Shown: in pieces, positions 14,401-28,200 of the stretch
Numbering within the stretch: the first letter of the stretch is position 1
Layout of the letters: the number at the start of each line of letters is the position of its first letter
From: Phoronis australis
Lineage: Eukaryota > Animalia > Phoronida
Reading direction: 5' to 3'
Assembly (NCBI GenBank): GCA_002633005.1
Contig: NMRA01000274.1
Span: 415,143-479,142 of the forward strand
Length of the DNA: 64,000 nucleotides
The notes under the pieces: model-generated
The model's input: the letters and a program-made list of their open reading frames with translations, nothing else
Told to the model about the DNA's origin: nothing
Database searches by the model: none
Translations under genes and position numbers: made by a program

Positions 14401-17400
14401 TGAGAGCACCGAAAGCATTGTGTCGTGACTGCAACACTACCGTACTACTTACTGGACAACAATTTCACAGATCCGGGACTTAAGGCACTCACTCTATTGC
14501 TGAATTGTTCCAGTAATTGAAAGTCTTTCTGGGGGGCTGATTCCAACAGTAGTATTCTCTTATTACTAATAGCATCTTCGTGGCCTGTAGACAATTGAAG
14601 AAATGTTATCGATTAATGAATGCAGGGAATGGCACAAGGTAGCAATGATCTTGTAAGATCTAGTGTAGCTTTCCTGTTTGCTAATTTTACTAACAAGACA
14701 TTGTAATGTGACCCAATTTATTGCAGAAGGACTAGGGGCCAAAAATTTAACACTAAAAAGATTTCTACTTTCAGAAAATTTAACTCTAAAAAGATTTCTA
14801 CTTTCAGAAAATAAATACCTTTACTAGGTTCAAATCAACGGTTTTGAAGATAATTGGCTAAGTGAGCAGACATGTCACTGAGGTCCTATTTCACTTTAAC
14901 GCCCTGACCCCCTCACCTGCCTTTTGTGATTGTCAGAAGCAATTTGTCGCAGGACTGGCCATGGGAATAAATTTCAAGCAGCACCCAATAGCCTAAGTTG
15001 ACAGGTTGGCATAATCAGGGGCACTGTGGTGCAATGCAAGATTCCTCGAGATGGTGACCGTGATACCCACCACAGATGAGATGCAATAACTCACATATAA
15101 GCAAAGAAACTCATTTAAAAGCCACTTGCGTTCCTTGTATTCACTTATAACAGGACTAACTGACTGGTGAAAACTCGAATGGTTGCGACATTACAAATTT
15201 CTCTCTTTTAACAATACTTGTTGATTTCAAAAGCCTAGCAATAACTCAGTGGTATTATCTATGGCAGCTTTTCAGAGTATCAGACTGTTGTGTCGTTTGT
15301 AATTCTTCACTACTTAGCACATGATATGGCAGAAGAGTGAAATTCTGTAATGTCAAATTTCTACATAAAACTACAGATTAAGAAAATTTTGGTCCATCAC
15401 AAATATGGTTTGTACTGTGAAGGTTTCATCAAGAAACACTTGGTAAAGTTTCCAGAAAAGTCATCAGCCTTTAAACAATGGAAAATGACAATTATTTTTG
15501 AAGAAAATTAATTGGAGAATTACTGTACCACCCAAAGCCACATAGGCTTTTGTTTTAATATTAATTGCCCCAAAACATCAATAGGACTCTTAAACCCGCC
15601 CTGGTTATCTGTGCACGGAAATAGTTACACTGGCTTTTAGATAACTCTGAGAAGCGTGGTAGATAATTGGCATGTGACAACACGCTATCTCTGGCCACTC
15701 AACAATGGAGAAAAATCTTATCGGATTTGCAGCATCATTGGTATCTGGAATGGCTACTGAATAAGAAAAATGTTAAATGAGTTAGAATTTCAAATATCAA
15801 TGAAACTAATAGCAATATCAGGCTTTGCCCACATATTGCTAACAGAAAGAAATCAGGAAACGAATGTTCACTACATCCACAACCAACTTTTACACAGAAC
15901 AGTCACCACACTTTGGAATTGTGCAAGAGCAGTGACCATATACCAGAGACTAGACAGCAGAGAAACTCCATTGATTCGAAGAGATAAGAAGATTAGTGTT
16001 CACTAGGAATGCCTGATTCCTAATAATGTAGCCAGGTGGACACTAAGTATTGCCACACAACACGATGATCACTCAGACACAATCAACTGTTATGCCAGAC
16101 AGTTTTTTGCATTATGTTGCTGGCAAATATCTCTCAACAAAAGAACTTCTTTACATATGCTCAATGTCTGAAGTTTTATCACCAATAACCAATGGCATGC
16201 AAATAGTTGGCCAATGCCCTTGGCAGGTTTCATGGTAACCTTCCTTAAAATGGCCACAAACCTGGGGCCCATTCCAAGTAAACCGACTTAGTTTAGTCAA
16301 ATCTTAAATTTCAGTCAAGTCTAAGATAAAACTTAAATTTCTCTCAACTCCGTTTCAAGAAAGAGATCTCAGTTTTGACTTAAACTTTTGACTTAGGTTT
16401 TATATTAATTCTAACTTACGGGATTGTTAAGTTTCAAAGTTTGGAAGTTGAGGTAAATGTTAGACTAAAGAAAACAATGAACTTTGAAGTCAGTTTCTTG
16501 TAACGCCCCCTGCCTTCCAAATACAAATACTAATGCTTCATTTATACCATCAACCATTATGAAATTGTTTTCAAATTATTCCTTATAGTAGGCAAGTTAG
16601 AGCTGATATCAGGGCTTTAATTGGTTGTTTCTTATTACTTGACACAAGACTTGTCACAGCATGTCATTTTGTGCAACAAGATCTCAAGGGGTAAAGTTGT
16701 TAAAGTTTCTTAGGTTATCATTTCGATTTCGTTTTACGCAACTTTTGATTTGTTATGAAAAATCCTATGATTCTTATTTTTTGATAGCCCCTTCAAAGAC
16801 ATGATACTCTTATTAGTTAGCCAGATTTGGACATTTTTCTACAGTGTTCTACATAACCTTAAGTATCCTTGCCTTTTCAGATGCGGTGATTAAGAATTTC
16901 ATTTTTAGGGTCCTACATTACCCTTTAAAAAAATGTTATCACCAACATATCTAGAGTAGATTCACATGTTCTCTAATTACCGATATTTTGAAGTAGTTAT
17001 CCTTCTTACAAATAGACCTGGTGGCCCTTACTTAAATGTTCACCTTGGTCATGTTGCCTGTCATGTTAAAAACATACCGCCATGTATGTCGATCAACCAA
17101 ACAAAAAAGCATATGAAAGAACTGAATGTGCCTCACAACTAAGCCAGTCAATGAAAGATAACCAGGAGTGATTTCCGCAATTAATTTACAAAGAAATCTA
17201 CCAGTCGATGGCTAGTATCAACTGCAGGCAGCTAAGTCAAGTGTTCAAACTGATCAGCCTATAGACATTTAACAGCACATAGGCAACCGATTTAGAGAAT
17301 GGCTTCTATTCCACTGCACATCACCCCCGTAAATCATGTGATACAACATTCCTTCCCCTTTCGCAGAACAGGTGAGATTCCTGGCTACAGACCTAAGCAA

Positions 17401-18694
17401 CTCGCCTAGCATCTTATTGGAATTTGCTCTCAGCAACACTTCCCACATCTTGAAATTTGTCCTTAGCAACGCTCTCCCTGTGTTCTGGATCCACTACCAT
17501 CAGGCTGGCACTCTCTCCATCCCAACTTGGAATCTTTACATACATCTCAGGGTTCCATCGGTCTCAACTTAGTTGGGCGCCGATATTCAAAAATTCACCT
17601 GTTTGTGGACGGTATTCAAACCAGACCCATATCGTGCGAGTCAAGCATTCAAACTGATTCTCCAATAGCCATTGCCCATTGGAGAGCGGCTCTGATTGCA
17701 CATCAACATCTAGAAGTCACGTGATACAACACAAAGCTGTGCCTTTCTGTAATATGAGTTCAGTTAAAGCTGTCCGCTAAGCTGTCAAGGTTGAATTCTT
17801 AACCATAACACTATTGGGTTTGAAAATATTACCAAGCCGATCTTGAATTAGTGCCGAATGAGACAGCAACTACATTCACAAGAAATTTGTACCTCTGCCA
17901 CTTTTGAATCCACAATACTAAGGTCAACTGGCTAACCCAATAAACTTTGAGGCATGTAACTTTTTGGGTCCCTTGTGGTTTCATGCTCTTTTTGGAAACG
18001 GAAGCCGAATCTTGGTAAGGTATATAATGACACCAATTTGGTGAATGTAAAAGTCCCAAATTTGTTTTTTAGCCAGTAAAACAGAGCAACATCTGACCAG
18101 CCAGCTACCTGCATCGTCTGTAAGACTATAAGAACTATGACGGCTAATGTCAAAGCACAGTTTTGTACAAAACTTTTAAGCAAAGGCAGCTTTAAAGCAT
18201 AGATACTCAATTTGGTAATAGTTGGATACATGGGTCCCTGATTTGAGAACTAGTTACGCCTGTTACACTTACACTGTAAGTGACTTACAGTGTAAGTGAC
18301 TTACAGTGTTATTCAGTGTTAGTAACTGGTTCCCTAAATCTAATCAACTTTAAATTAGGGATACACCAAACCGAATATTACCCTTAAGTTGACTTTTACA
18401 AAAATGGACAGCTAAAATCAATAATTCCATAAATTAGTATCATATTTACACATTTAACACAGAGCGTACCAAATACAATTAAAGTTAAAACTGACCGAGG
18501 GCACAGGCCATCGCCAGTCCAACCATTCCACCACCAGAAATTACAACGTCATATGTTTCATTATCCCGCGTGGTACCGTTACTTGAAGAAGTTGAAAATG
18601 TTCTCGCGTTACGTGTGAGTTTGTAGCGCTTACAAAACTTGCAAAACGAGCCTAATATTTTACGATTCAGTCCTAAAGGCAACATCGTGAACAT
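2470..18694 (-). CDS. COQ6: Ubiquinone biosynthesis monooxygenase COQ6 (FAD-dependent, mitochondrial), 12 coding exons, ~480 aa
   Basis: Exons in transcription order: 18496-18694, 14453-14584, 13629-13687, 12280-12540, 11669-11776, 10105-10167 (duplicate 9586-9648), 8514-8621, 7616-7694 (duplicate 6793-6871), 5836-5956, 4770-4885, 3674-3840, 2470-2499. All junctions are GT-AG and phase-consistent, 1443 nt including the stop. Motifs: basic N-terminal presequence, [12 protein letters not shown] (FAD-binding), [52 protein letters not shown]-terminus EQFMKFASN*. Confidence 0.97.
4246..4688. mobile_element. MITE-like element with ~28-bp imperfect TIRs
   Basis: AGTGCCTGTTTGCATGAAGCAGTCCCAA (4247-4274) is inverted relative to TTGGGACTGTTTCATTCAGTCAGGCACT (4661-4688). 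Confidence 0.6.
5354..5610. repeat. Imperfect tandem duplication (~120-140 bp)
   Basis: AAACTTGTACT..AGGTGGACAATGCGATGGAGCTA...ATTGATACACACATCT occurs twice. Confidence 0.85.
6192..6258 (+). repeat. Dispersed ~70-bp repeat family; other copies at ~25660-25720 (+), ~31365-31432 (-) and ~36918-36985 (-)
   Basis: Shared core CATTTTGAGAACCAGTTTTCTCCACTGAATAACGG. Confidence 0.75.
6694..8227. repeat. Near-identical duplication around the N at 7356, including a COQ6 exon (likely haplotype artefact)
   Basis: ~6694-7355 versus ~7517-8227, differing by SNPs and small indels. Confidence 0.85.
9051..9292 (+). repeat. 30-bp minisatellite, 8 copies
   Basis: Unit TTGTTATTGGTTAACACCANGCTCTACAAG. The last six units form two 90-bp higher-order blocks. 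Confidence 0.95.
9395..10428. repeat. Near-identical 519-bp-offset duplication around the N at 9907, including a COQ6 exon (likely haplotype artefact)
   Basis: ~9395-9906 versus ~9914-10428. Confidence 0.85.
11217..11314. repeat. Imperfect palindrome / degenerate MITE in a COQ6 intron
   Basis: AATCCTACACT...ACATGGGAAAAACCTCTT pairs with AAGAGGTTTTGCTCATGT...AGTGTAGGATT. Confidence 0.75.
13218..13472 (-). mobile_element. MITE-like element with imperfect TIRs carrying 5 copies of the same 30-bp minisatellite
   Basis: Left end GGGTTTGAAAAGAACCGACAGTTCGTTATT versus the reverse complement of the right end GGGCTCTGAAAGAACCGACTGGTTGTTATT. Internal AACTTCTAGAGCTTGGTGTTAAGCAATAAC x5 at 13296-13446. 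Confidence 0.65.
16262..16512. mobile_element. Degenerate MITE-like element
   Basis: CTGGGGCCCATTCCAAGTAAACCGACTT versus the reverse complement of the right end CAGGGGGCGTTACAAGAAACTGACTT, with internal GACTTA/TAAGTC-type subrepeats. Confidence 0.5.
16685..16928. mobile_element. Possible degenerate TTAA-type MITE
   Basis: Short inverted ends AAGGGGTAAAGT and ACATTACCCCTT, followed by TAA. Confidence 0.35.
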
Positions 18695-19209
18695 CGCTTT
18701 GCGACAGACTCGCGAACATCAGCAGAAACATATGAAAATTACGATAACTTACCCGATGCAATTTATTGTCATTTGCTTTCTTTTGGTAAATAATATGCGT
18801 GGCTTTTAAAAAGTTACAAAGCGAGAATTTCAGAAAACAATAATGTCAGTTTTTTTTGAAACAGAAAATACTCGTGTATTTAATCAAACCGTGGTTTGAC
18901 ATTTTATATGCATTCAAATATATTGTCACAATGTTCTCATTTACTTATATTTCATAAAGCTATTTACATAAACAGCTTAGGCACAATTTTAAAAAAACCT
19001 TTGATTTGTTCCACTTTACTTCATAATTTTAAGTATTTTTTACATTAAAATATTTTTATTGTTTTAAGTTGTAATAAATTAAAACCATTATGTTTTATTA
19101 GAATTTTTACAATATCAACTGCAATATAGAAAAATTGTTTTTATTTGTAAACCGAATCCACCAATCATAACGCGAGAAACGAAGGAATATTTGAACGAAA
19201 TTTCTAAAC
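18695..19209. promoter_or_regulatory. Bidirectional promoter COQ6/FAM161
   Basis: The two ATGs diverge 515 bp apart. AT-rich spacer with CCAATCA at ~19161, CGCGAGA at ~19171 and the palindrome TCAAACC-GT-GGTTTGA at 18884-18899. Confidence 0.75.
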
Positions 19210-22200
19210 ATGGCAACCAACCACAGTATTTCGGTGCTCACAAATTCTTGTATCAAACCGCCTATTAATCCACAAACAGGCCTTTCAGCGAGCATTAATG
19301 AGCGATCACAACTTTCTCAAAGTTTCACAGCTCGTGATTTCGGTGATGGTGATGGCGATGACGATGAAAGCTTACGAGAAGCGCCGGTTTCTCGATTGTC
19401 TTGGGCCTACCGAACTGATTCCCAGGGGAAACGAAGATCGCAATCAGGAAGACACAGTCGGAATAATTCTCTTGGTAAATCATGTCAAATGCGCCTGGCT
19501 AAAATGGTGACATTTTCGCTAACACATTTGCTTGTAACAAAAACAGACACTGGTCAGACATCGGTCCTTGATTAACCTGATTTGGGGTTGGCAGCTAGAC
19601 TACCACTGTCTCCGTCAACTGGTCGCATTAGAGACGGTGGTCAGCCCATAGGACCTCCATACGCCAGAAGCTTATCGCCAAATTATGCTTTATACTGGTT
19701 AAACTATCAAAATTATGTTGCTTTAAGTAGCTTTTGGGCTCAGAGCCTCAGAGGGACACCTTAGGCTTAGGCTTAGCCTGCTATTAGGAGGCTGTTGATG
19801 TCTAATTCCTTCCAACTCAAACAAATACTCCCGTAATCAAACCTTTTTCAAACAGTCCTTTGTTCAGTTGCCCAAATCAGCAACTGACAATTTTTACAGT
19901 GCTCATTCCAGGGGATTGTCCATGTATCGAGGTCATATGGATTAATCACATGAGGAAGTGTTCGGTGAAACTATTACTCACCACTGATTGTCGTCAATTT
20001 TAGTTGTAATAACCGTTAAAAAAACTATAAACCAGCGTCAATAATTTGGGAACTTACAGTAGCTTCAGTTTGGCGCTGGCATCAGTTTGGCTCACCGACC
20101 TGTGCCAAATTGAAGGTTTGGTGAATGCATCAGTTTGGGCTGCAACAACGTCGTATTTTCTGATAGTTATCACCGGTCAGCTGGCAACAACTTTTGAGTA
20201 AAAAAAAAATATGCTGGAAACCAGCTAACCCAACAAGTACAGACTTACCTGTCAACAAATTGTGTTCTTTTTGATGTTCTTTGATCCCTTGCTCTTGCAT
20301 TTAAGTCGAGTTCAATCTCGTAAGTCACAAAAAATAATTTACACGGCCAATACTGTTGTGCAGTAACGGGTTGGTACTTCTTATCTCTCAAAAGGTCTGT
20401 TATGGACATATATGTGAGATGCAGGGTTGTTACTGTCTTTTACGACTGACAAATGTTATTACTGGTAGTCTGTGGAAGTTTTTTAATTGTCATAGATTTC
20501 ATTATATTTTAGACTTTTATTCCTTATGAGCACCAGTTTTTCTTTGATTAACACCAGATTCTGAAGTGGGCTATGTGGACAGATTAATTGTGACATGTAG
20601 TCTTGTTTCAAAGCAATGCACTGTGATTAAAATTTCTCATTTACGTTGTAGGTAATGTTAACATGGACAAGACTGACAGCATGATAGAAGAGTTAACGAG
20701 AAATGTGGACAACTTGACAGATGCAGAATTCTATGAAAGATTAATCCAGTTAAAAAATGAGCACAAGAAAACATTGTCAATGTGTGAAAAACTCTACCAA
20801 GAAAAACTAAATGCCGAAGGGGACGGAATTGCCACAAGACAACAGAACAATCATGTCCTAAAAGACCAGATTCGTGACATGTCTGGTAAGCCACCTCTGG
20901 CTCGGCCAGTACCGGCTAATGCAAACGGTGTGCGAAAGTCGCAAGTAAGGACTCCGTACTCACTGACCAATCGAAATGCATGGGAGCAGCTCAGCGATGG
21001 TGACAGTGATGGTGAGGAAGACAATTCTCTGTATGGCTCGACCGAAAGTCTGAATGAGCTGAACGAATCATATAATGGGCAGAGAGTCAACAGATCGGCA
21101 GCACGTACGCATGATTTCAGTCCAATGAGCCGAATCGATGACATGTGGGACAATTTCTCTGTGGAAGATTACGCGCCTGACCGGACAAGGAGTGAAACGA
21201 CGATGAGGTCCTCAGCAACACAAGACCAACAACAGAAAGAGTGGCGCCACCGTATAACCATTCCAAAACCTTTTAAGATGACACTACGTGACGTCAACAA
21301 GCCAAGCCAGACGTCGTCAAAGGAGGAGTATCTCAAGGAGAGGGCGGAGAAGGAGAAGATGGAAGAGCTGGAGTGTCAGAAGAAGTTCAAAGCGACGCCG
21401 GCGCCAGCTCATATTTATGTGCCACTTTACGACGAAATCATGGAAGTGCAAGAGACAAAGAGGCGGGCGANGAGCATGAGGCAGGGTAGAAGCAGATGAG
21501 AACGATAAATTACTTGTAATGAGAAGATAGTATGTTTTTTAAATTGGTGATGCACATAATATAGGCCCCAAACAAGCATAGTTGGTACTGGTCTCTACCT
21601 TGACTCATTTTGAGTCATGCACTCATTGAGTGAAACAGCAAGAAGGCCCGCTCACATCAACTTCAGTCAAGTCTGCTGTTTTTTTTGAAAAGTTGCACAG
21701 AGGCCCATAAGCAAGTGAAGCAAGGTTTGGAATGCCTTGATTTAAGAGGTTATCAATAATAAACAAATCCCGGATCACTTTGGCTCATCTCGTGGTTTTT
21801 CTTTTTTGAAAAAATGAACCCCCCCAATGTACTTAAACAAAAAAGCATTGTCAACATTTCCTTCAAAAATGCAGTTGGCCCCCTAAACAACACCCTGCAT
21901 CCACCCGTTCATGCTGTCTGATAGCGTTTTACAACCTGAAATAGATAACCAATTTTATTTGCCTCAGTTTAAGAGTTCTTTATATGAATGAAAAATTTTG
22001 TCTGATCAGGTGAAAAAGAGGGAGAAGTATACCAAGGCAGTTGAAGAACACATGCAAAATAAACTGAAGCATAAAAAGAAGCCATTCAAAGCGAAACCAG
22101 CCAGGAACGATGTGATTGATGAAAGTATTGCCGAGCGAATCAAAGAGGAAGAGGAGTATCGCAAGATCCGCAAGCAAATGAGGGCAGTGGAGTTACTGCG

Positions 22201-25200
22201 GCAGTCAAAGCTGCCGCCAAGCATGGCTGCTCGCGAGGAACAAAAGCGTATTGGTGTTACGACAACAAAGCCGCGAAAGTCGGCCTTGAAGAAGTCCACT
22301 GGCCTGTCCGAGGAGCCAACATTTCGGCCTAGAATCAATGAAAACATTCCCGATTTTGAGCGGAAACACCGCCAGCTGATGACTGAGATGTCTAGAAAAA
22401 AATACGACAAGGAGGCGACTGTAGTGAAGCCCTTTAAGCTGAGAACAGCGGAGATACCGTCTCGGAAGTCGCAAGTTTATGAGGACATTGAACGAGATGA
22501 GGAGACGTTGAAAGAGACGAGATGGCCGTACACAAATCCTCGTGCGAAGCCTTCGCCTGCGCACTCGTCATTGTCTGCCTGTAAGTCAGTCATTTTAAGC
22601 TTCTATTTAATTATTCAGTGAAAGCAAACTAAGCTCTAGAATCCTCATCTTATTTAAGTTTTGTTTTGAACTTTTATTGAGGGTCAATTTCGACTGTTTC
22701 TACATTTTTTCAATCCTTTCTCCTTCAGTGACTGTCCCTGTCAAAACACTCACTGGTCTAACTTTTCTATCAGTCCACTTACAGCTATACTGATGACCTC
22801 AGGTTTTTACTAACCTTTCTCAACTTAGGACTAAATTAGCGGTTTGTGAAGATCAGGCAGTTCTTCTTTGCCAGAGTCTAAACTTACTAACGTTGGCAAG
22901 AGTTGGTTGTCATTTCATTCTCCAAAGGATGTAAGCCCTATGGCTGTATGGAAAATCAATTAGTTCCATACCTGAACACTAGGTGCAGTTACTACAGTCG
23001 CGATACAGCAAACCCTGCTTATAACATTCCCTTGCTTGTAATGTTCCATGTTCCTCTAGTGCAAAATACCTTTTCTACTAATCAATTTTATGAACAGATA
23101 CAACATTCACACAGTAAATCCATGTTCCAGTTGATAACTTCTCCAACTTTACAGCGAACCAGCACATGCAAGTTTAAAAATCACTGACTCCACAATTTCA
23201 TGCTTGTGTGCAGCCTGTGATGCACAGCCATGTACTGTAATTTGCTGCACGCGGTTGGGCAAGTGGTTGGACAGTATTACATACAATAAAAAAGCGAGTT
23301 AACAAAAGCAGATCAGTTTACGCTTATTATTTTCTTTAAAACGTTGATTCGGTTACAGTGAAGCTCGGTTACAACAAACATCTTTGATAGGTCCCATTGT
23401 AGTAACGAGGTTCAACTGTAGTAAAAGCATGCTGTTAACTGCAGCATACTGTACAAGACAAAAGTAATCCGTCGAATTAGTGTTTTCCTGTTGTGATGGC
23501 TAAATTAAGGCGGCAAAATTCTAATCACAAAATGGCTTAACCATCTCACTAACTCTCTCGTCAGTTCCCCTTCATTCTTTGTCACGAGGGAGGGCTACTG
23601 GGATGATGAATTTGGCTTCTTCCCATGTGTCATGACAGGGAATTCTGGGTCATTTTATCCGAACGTTTTTGGTTTGTACCATACATTTGATACTCTATTT
23701 TATGTGATCGTCAAAAGAGTGTTTTCATTTGCAGCTTTAAGATCTAGTCCATTTTCATCAAGTGCAGAGAACATTCCATCCAGAATGACCGCTTCACAAG
23801 AACTTCGAAATAGTGTCACAAGGTAAGTGTGAGACACGTTCGCAATCTTCATTATTTCGATGTTTACATTGGTACAGTTATAGTGTTTTGAAATTTATTG
23901 TGGAATTTTTTGATTCCGTATCAATATGATCATTTGATAATAAAACAATTCAAGCAAATGGCAATAGGTGTTTGTTTTGAAAAACTGTACTGTAGATATG
24001 TGTGTGTGTGTGTGTTTGTGCGTGCGTGCGTGCGTGTGGGCGTGTGTATTGAAAACACAGCTGTATTGCAGTAATTTCATTACAAATGTCTTTAGCAAAG
24101 GGAAAACTGCCTAAACTATAAATCTTCTGAACTTAAGTTACATCCTGAAGAAAATGTACTTCCTGATCGTAATGTACATGATTGTGCACTGTATTGTTTC
24201 ATGTGACTTGTAAATATTCATGCGAGAGCAAAATAAAAAACCCTGAAAAAAACAAACAAAAAACAAAAACAGGAACATCAAAACCATCAGCGACTGTAGA
24301 GAACTCTATTATTGGGGTTGACCAACAAGAATTGTGAATTTTGAAAATGGCGCATGTACTCATTGTTTGTGATAATGCAATTCGATGATGGCACGTGTGT
24401 GTATTGCCTGAGACTTGAATAGCATTCTATCACAATATGGAACACTATGAGAGTAAAAGGGTTACGGTAATTCGATTTTCCATTTTTAGCCAGCTGAACA
24501 GTGAAATGCANATGTGTGTATGTGTGTGTGTGTGCGTGCGTGTGTGCGTGCGTGTGGGCGTGTGTATTGAAAACACAGCTGTATTGCAGTAATTTCATTA
24601 CAAATGTCTTTAGCAAAGTGAAAACTGCCTAAACTATAAATCTTCTGAACTTAAGTTACATCCTGAAGAAAATGTACTTCCTGATCGTAATGTACATGAT
24701 TGTACACTGTATTGTTTCATGTGACTTGTAAATATTCATGCGAGAGCAAAATAAAAAAACCTGAAGAAAACAAACAAAAAACAAAAACAGGAACATCAAA
24801 ACCATCAGCGACTGTAGAGAACTCTATTATTGGGGTTGACCAACAAGAATTGTGAACTTTGAAAATGGCGCATGTACTCATTGTTTGTGATAATGCAATT
24901 CGATGATGGCACGTGTGTGTATTGCCTGAGACTTGAATAGCATTCTATCACAATATGGAACACTATGAGAGTAAAAGGGTTACGGTAATTCGATTTTCCA
25001 TTTTTAGCCAGCTGAACAGTGAAATGCAACTTTAAATGAGTTGTGGTCTTAGCACATATTTTTGTTTTCTGAAAAGTAGGGCATTGGTTATTTCCAAATC
25101 AGTCTAAATTGGTCATAAATTGGGGGACTCGTATTTATGAAAGATAGCAGACAATCTCTTACAAATTGTGTCTCTCCTCAGTGAACTATATGAACCTAAG

Positions 25201-28200
25201 TCCTCAACTTTGATCTAACATCTCATTCTAAAATGATTATGTTTCAAGAACACGTTCTGTTTCAGACAAAAACTGGAGCAAATGAGCGATAAAGATTTGG
25301 AAGAAGAACGGAAAGCAAGGGATAGAAAAATAAGGGAAAAGAGGCTTCAGAAATTTGTATCTGAAAAAGCGGCTGCCAACGAGCTATCGCTGAGCAGGAA
25401 GGATGAAAAGGACAAGTTGAAGAAAATAAAGTGAGTTTTAGTTGATGAAATGAACAAAATAATTTTTAAATGAATAATATTAAAAGACAGCTGTGTCAGT
25501 AAAATACACAAAAAAATTCCCATTGTCCTCCCTTTTTGGTGACAAAGTTTGGTTATGACTGAAACGTTTAGGCTTTTTAATGCATTTTTGAATGCAAAAT
25601 AGCTTGAGATCTGAGACCGAAGTACTAAACAGGTTAATACATGATTTTAGTCACTTGCAGGGATCCCGCATTTTGAGAACCAGTCTTCTCCACTGAATGA
25701 CGGGAATCAAATTGGGTCTCTAAGTCCGCGACCTCAGTAACAAACTATTAGCAGTTAATAAGTTTTCAGAAGGCTTTTTAAAGAAAGTGGACCTTGTTAG
25801 TGACATTTTTAAGAGGCATTGAAATTAAATTTGTTGAGTCCGTTCTTTTTGCAGAGAACAAGATCGGGCGAGAATGGAAGAGTATAGACGAGAGCTTGAC
25901 GAAATGAAAAGCAGAGTAGAAAACCGCCCGCTGCTTTTTGAACAAACATCACAGGTTGGTCATTAGTCGTACTTGGAGAAGTATTGTAGCTGAGTTCTAG
26001 AGGAAGTACACTTCATTCTTATGTGTCTTGCCTGAAGGGCAGAGGCAGCGCTTTGGCTTTATTGAACGTGACCTGATGAAGCTTCTGATATGAAAAGCTG
26101 GATGCATTGAGGTGTATAAGACGTACTTATGCTCTGTAAGAGCTAAAATTTCACTAAATTCATTGTTGTTTCGTGGATAGTGAGAATGCTCTTTACATGC
26201 TAAAAATTCATAATAAATTGTTTAAGGATATCTCAAACCTTATTCACAGAAATTAGCCGTTTTTACAGTATTTTACATAATGTCTAGCAAAATACCTTAT
26301 CTTCATTCTCGAGAACTTCGAATGCAAAATGAAATTTGTTTACTGCTTATCTGAGGCCAAAGGTTACAGGGCTGTCACTCAATTCCAATCTCCCACCAAG
26401 CATAGAACAGCTCCGTATATACCCTCAGTCCTTTCATTCTCTGAGTCTCCATATTATTGAATCAACAATGTATACATACAATAGAAATGTGCCGGGGGAA
26501 AACGAAGACAAAACATTTATTTTGATCCTGAGGGAGTTATGCATCTGCATGCATAAGACTGTTGAGAACAAAGGCTCCAAGTCACCGTACGCCTCTATGA
26601 CTTTGTGTTCACAAACACAGAATATGTGAAAAGAGATAAATTTTCATCCAAATTCATTAATTTGATAGATAATTTGACATTTCGCTGTTTCATTCTCATG
26701 CTCTCGGCACGCTTTAACCGCGGACTCGATTTCTGTTGTCGATTTCATACTTGGTTTTGTATCAGTCTTCCGGCACGTGGTGTATTTAACAATGAACTGT
26801 TGACCTGCTTTTAAGTAAGTCAACAGTTGCCTCCGCCTGTTCGACTGGAGATGGTCACAAACTAACAAAGGTAAATCGTTTTAGCAATAATAAGTTAATT
26901 ACACACTGCAAATTCAGTTGACATTGCGAATGAATGTTGAAATACCGAACACGGTAAAGGCATGTATCGGTTATATTGACAGAAAACAAGTTTTCACTAT
27001 TTTAATTAACCAAAGATCTTGAGATTTTCACAACTTAATCGGCTTTTTCTTGGCTTTGGCAAATGGACTTAATCTGAACTTAGGAACATGAATTCTCAAA
27101 AACGACTTGGTGGATTTCGCAGAAACTTTCCAAACTTGATATTTATTCGTCACTCTCAAAAACATTTAATAAGAGGATTTTTCATATAAAGGCCTAGTTT
27201 TTGCATAATGTAACAAAGATGAATACCTTATGTTTTGCGAGTTGATCTGTCATAGAAACCATACAAAAAAACTAATCGAAAAGTCCTAACTGGTGAAGTT
27301 TTCACTTTAAAAAGGTTTCATAAAAATCAACCGAGGGGTTATTTTGGTATGAATGTACGTTTCTTACTAAATAAGGTTTGAGGTAACCTGAAATGCATGC
27401 ACAGGTGCTCACTAGTTTTATGCCCTTTCAATCATTTTACAGCTGTTTAAGTGCAAAGGATTTCAACAGCTGTACGATGCAAAGGAAGTAATGCATAAAC
27501 AACTGACGAAGATAATTCTGTAATGATTTATGTAACATTCTCTCTCTTAATTTAAGTTTCATGCGAGTTTGAATTTCGTTTTCTGTTGATTTTTGCGTAC
27601 ATTGTGTTTACTGATTTTTGTCATTCTTAAGTTGTATTATAAGCTTTGTGTTGCATACTATACTTTAAACTAGCAAATAATGCCCCTCTTCTCTTTTACA
27701 CTGCAATGGAAGTGTGGATGTTTTCTCCCGCCAATTTGTCACGATCTAACAAATCGTGTGTACACACATTTAATGTAATTCAACATTTAGAATTGGAGCT
27801 TTGTTTAAATCAAATACTTTTTTGGGACGGAAGGGAACCTGCTGTTGCACGGATGACGACCAGTACTCATTGCATCCTATTCACGTGATTTGATCTATTT
27901 TGCAAATGTATCACTAAGTGTTCTTTTCTGAAAAATCAAATGGGATATAAAAATGCCCCGTTTGTATCCATTAATGAGAATAAATAAAGTTGAAAATAAA
28001 ATAAAATAAAATTTTGAAAAGTAAAAAAAAATTAAAAAGAATAAACATTGACTGAAATCATTTCAGTCTGCAATTAGTCATCTTGGTGCTGAATCTTCTT
28101 AGGTTAGAAAAAACTTGATTCTTACACTGCTGATTAGTAAACTGTTTTTTATCTTATTTTATTTTTGCCGCGACCTCCAGTCCATGTGCATACCTCTGTC

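Noticed and set aside
22006-22564. Antisense ORFs over FAM161 exons (and similar ones over XPO1 exons)
   Set aside because: These are shadow ORFs of real coding exons.
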